From NCBI GenBank assembly GCA_963729625.1, contig CAVSOU010000010.1, forward strand, positions 96,001-160,000: 64,000 nucleotides of DNA, written 5' to 3'. Within the stretch, counting starts at the first letter, position 1, and each line of letters opens with the position of its first letter. Source of the stretch: an uncultured bacterium. GTDB taxonomy: Bacteria > Chloroflexota > UBA5177 > JANWHV01. The translations under genes and the position numbers were made by a program. The notes beneath the pieces were generated by a model. The model made no database searches and was not told the DNA's origin. It was given only the letters and a program-made list of their open reading frames with translations. This document shows, in pieces, positions 61,468-64,000 of the stretch.

Positions 61468-62034
61468 TTACGCCTTTGATACCCGCTCGATGTATTGCCC
61501 GGTCCGAGTGTCCACCCTGATCACCTCATCCTGGTTGATGAACAGCGGTACGAGCACGCTGGCGCCGGTCTCGACCGTTGCCGGCTTCGTAGTGCCGGAC
61601 GCGGTATCGCCGCGAACACCCGGCTCTGTATAGGTAATGCGAAGTTCCACGTTCGGCGGCAGCTCGATGGCAATCGGCTCCTCGCCGTAGCTCAACAGCT
61701 CGACTTCCATGTTCTCTTTCAGGAACTTCACATCGTCGCCGATCAGCGTTTGCGGTATCGCAATTTGATCGAACGTTTCGGTGTTCATGAAGTTGTACGA
61801 ATCTCCATCGGCGTACAGGAATTGGACGGCATGCGATTCCAGCCGAGCGCGCGGGAAGCGCTCCCCGGCCTGCACGGTCTTCTCTGTAATTGCCCCAGTA
61901 CGGAGATTGCGGAGCTTCATGCGCACCTGTGCGCTTCCGCGTCCCATCTTGATGTGATTGAAATCCAGCACACGGAACAAATCACCATCGATTTCGAACG
62001 AGATCCCACGCTTCAAGTCACCGGTCGAGATCAC
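61468..62034 (-). CDS. efp: Elongation factor P
   Basis: QFLY.DG...FM..ETFDQ, TEPGVRGDTA, KPATVETG, VPLFI, DTRTGQY. Confidence 0.97.
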   Translation of the reverse strand: MISTGDLKRGISFEIDGDLFRVLDFNHIKMGRGSAQVRMKLRNLRTGAITEKTVQAGERFPRARLESHAVQFLYADGDSYNFMNTETFDQIAIPQTLIGDDVKFLKENMEVELLSYGEEPIAIELPPNVELRITYTEPGVRGDTASGTTKPATVETGASVLVPLFINQDEVIRVDTRTGQYIERVSKA

Positions 62035-62058
62035 GCATTAACTCCTTGTTGATAAGTG

Positions 62059-63282
62059 CTATTGCACGGCAACGCCGGCTTGGCTTGTCTGACACTCGAG
62101 CGTCTCGCAGAAGTAGGTGTGCGAGTGTTTGCCATCCTTCGTCAATACCTCGAAGAATAACCACTTGGATTTCGTCGGGTAGAGTGCGGCATTCAGCGCA
62201 TTGAGACCAGGGTTGCTGATGGGACCAGGCGGGAGATTCGGGTGGAGATAGGTGTTGTAGAGGCTCAATACGCTGTTGTAATAATCCTGGCTTGGGATCT
62301 TGGGCCACCAGGTCTTCTCGGTCGCGCTGTAACCCATGCCATATTGGACCGTAGGATCGGCCTGCAGCAGTCGGCTGACGATCGAGTCGTTCTTGGGATC
62401 AAGCCTGTTCCAGTAGACTCCGGCGATCGCTTTCTGAACCTTGGGCAGGGAGCTTTCGCGCTGAATGATCGAAGCCATCGTCACGACCTGGAAAACGGTG
62501 TGATGCTCTCGATTTGCCTGCGCCACCATCGCGGCCGTGACCTCCTGCCCAAATCGCCTCAACATGAGAGCGATCACCGCGTGCGGATCCATGTGTGGGA
62601 GCAGTGTGTATTCCCCAGGAGCCAGAAATCCTTCGAGCGACGCTCCGGCCGGCAGCCCTTTGAGGAAGGCATAGTTGTACTTCGGTGTGGGGTCTTGAAT
62701 CTGCTTCATCACATCGGCGTACGGGGCGATGTGGTACTTGTCGAGAATCGTGGCGATCTCCTCTGCCCGCTTGCCGGCGAGAATGTTGTATTGGTTTTGC
62801 GGAGGCACGAATACGACATGGGTGGGAGGTGACTGGAGATTCTTGGCAATGTCATCCATTGACATATCGGTGTTAAGGGTGTGCGTGCCGGCCATCAAAC
62901 TACCTGATCCCCCGAAGAATCGGTAGTAGATGCCGAACAGCCAGCTACTCGACACAAGTCCGTCGCTCTGCAAATCATTGGCAATGGCGGATACGCCCTC
63001 TCCCTGCGTCACCAGGAAGCTCACCTGCTTGCGCGGGCCGCCTACCGAGGAATGGATCTGCTTGACCACATAGCCAATTCCGCCGAGAACGACAACTGCC
63101 ACCACGACCACTATCAGCAGGCCGAACAGGGTGCCGCCGCGCCCACCAGTGCGCCCCTGCCGGGTGTGAAATGCGGCAGGCAACTCTCCGTTCTGGCCGA
63201 TTCGTCCAGGCTCCAGACGTGTTGCCGATTCGCCTCTCGCCGCACGCAGCCTCTGCAGCCGATCTAGCTGGTCCTGTGACAT
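62059..63282 (-). CDS. mltG: Endolytic transglycosylase MltG (YceG)
   Basis: TM anchor, LEGFL.P..Y, MASIIQRE, NRL, LQADPTVQY, YNTY...LPPGPISNPG. Confidence 0.94.
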   Translation of the reverse strand: MSQDQLDRLQRLRAARGESATRLEPGRIGQNGELPAAFHTRQGRTGGRGGTLFGLLIVVVVAVVVLGGIGYVVKQIHSSVGGPRKQVSFLVTQGEGVSAIANDLQSDGLVSSSWLFGIYYRFFGGSGSLMAGTHTLNTDMSMDDIAKNLQSPPTHVVFVPPQNQYNILAGKRAEEIATILDKYHIAPYADVMKQIQDPTPKYNYAFLKGLPAGASLEGFLAPGEYTLLPHMDPHAVIALMLRRFGQEVTAAMVAQANREHHTVFQVVTMASIIQRESSLPKVQKAIAGVYWNRLDPKNDSIVSRLLQADPTVQYGMGYSATEKTWWPKIPSQDYYNSVLSLYNTYLHPNLPPGPISNPGLNALNAALYPTKSKWLFFEVLTKDGKHSHTYFCETLECQTSQAGVAVQ

Positions 63283-63426
63283 TCCTCAACATATCCCATC
63301 GCTTCTGTACTTGGAGTGCGCACGCGTCTTTTGGCTCTGCTCGAGCAGCCGGCCCAAACTACTCACGCTGACCACAGTATCGCAACCCGAGACTACGCTC
63401 ACCCTTCATCCACATCGTGGCAGCCC

Positions 63427-63861
63427 CTAACCGGCAGCGTCTTCCGCCAGCCCCTTCTGTCGCGATGCTGCATCGAGGAAATCCTGGAGCATGATCGCCG
63501 CGGCGATAGCATCAAGACGCTCGCGACGCCGGGGATCGCGGAATTTCACCTGCCGTATCACCTGTTCGGCTTCCCATGATGACAGGCGCTCATCCCAAAA
63601 TCGTACCGGTACAGGAAGAGGGCCAAGTTCTTCGATATAGGCGTAGGTCTCTTCAACCTGAGCTCCGCTGCTCCCGTCCATGTTCAGCGGAAGACCGACG
63701 ACTACCGCCCCAACACCGTGTTCTTCGATCAGCTCTCGGACGTAGACGCCATGAGCATCCGCCCGTTTCAGCGTTCGAAAGGGCGTAGCCAGGAACCCGG
63801 TTGGATCGCTGAGGGCGATCCCAATCCATCGGTTACCGACATCCAGGCTCAGATAGCGCAC
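63427..63861 (-). CDS. ruvX: YqgF/RuvX nuclease (pre-16S rRNA processing / Holliday-junction-resolvase-like)
   Basis: LDVGNRWIGIALSD, VVGLPLNMDG, WDERLSS, DAIAAAIMLQ; GTG 63861 preferred over ATG 63870. Confidence 0.94.
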   Translation of the reverse strand: MRYLSLDVGNRWIGIALSDPTGFLATPFRTLKRADAHGVYVRELIEEHGVGAVVVGLPLNMDGSSGAQVEETYAYIEELGPLPVPVRFWDERLSSWEAEQVIRQVKFRDPRRRERLDAIAAAIMLQDFLDAASRQKGLAEDAAG

Positions 63862-63868
63862 GAGCGAC

Positions 63869-63877
63869 ATGATACCA
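63869..63877 (-). promoter_or_regulatory. Extended -10 positioned for a leaderless ruvX transcript
   Basis: TGgTATCAT ends 7 nt before GTG 63861; no SD. Confidence 0.5.
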
Positions 63878-64000
63878 CAGCAACCTTATGTTCCGCGCGT
63901 GACGGTTCGGCGTCATCGCGGTTCCAGCCCAGGCTCTTCATTGGACCATATGGATCGAGATGAGCCTGGAGGTTATCGGCAGCCGGTTGGCCCAACTGGG

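Noticed and set aside
63878-64000. Possible 3' end of alaS upstream of ruvX
   Set aside because: No minus-strand frame gives a recognisable AlaRS C-terminus in the available bases.

Overview
GC-rich bacterial chromosome segment. Gene order and protein style (rplI-dnaB-DnaD-domain-DnaC-like, Ycf45-type ATPase, tmk-darA) suggest a monoderm Terrabacteria lineage, probably Chloroflexota; this is inference. Positions 1-15.3 kb hold the S10-spc-alpha ribosomal superoperon (rplB partial to rplQ, truA, rplM, rpsI; no infA). Next come scpB/scpA/site-2 protease, a PPi-type pfk, GNAT-like plus R3H ATPase, tmk, a c-di-AMP receptor, guaB, an FHA protein, two HADs, pdp, cnoX and a CAAX protease. These are followed by an 8-gene ABC/MoxR/DUF58/vWA operon, a secreted protease with three 121-aa repeats, an aminotransferase plus oxidoreductase pair, replication genes, secDF, xseAB, a BCCP-like gene, efp, mltG and ruvX. 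No rRNA, tRNA, CRISPR or intact mobile element was seen. The best candidate for an undescribed system is a 147-aa ORF directly upstream of secD, with a likely signal peptide and the C-terminus ...QRIRAP-stop. It is followed immediately by a stem that sequesters the secD ribosome-binding site, the architecture of a SecM/VemP/ApdA-like secretion-monitoring arrest peptide. Other oddities: a divergent uL22 tunnel loop, a BCCP lacking the biotinylated lysine, an Arg-type EF-P, several structured leaders, and an out-of-frame start in the DUF58 gene. All product calls come from motif recognition by eye, not database searches.
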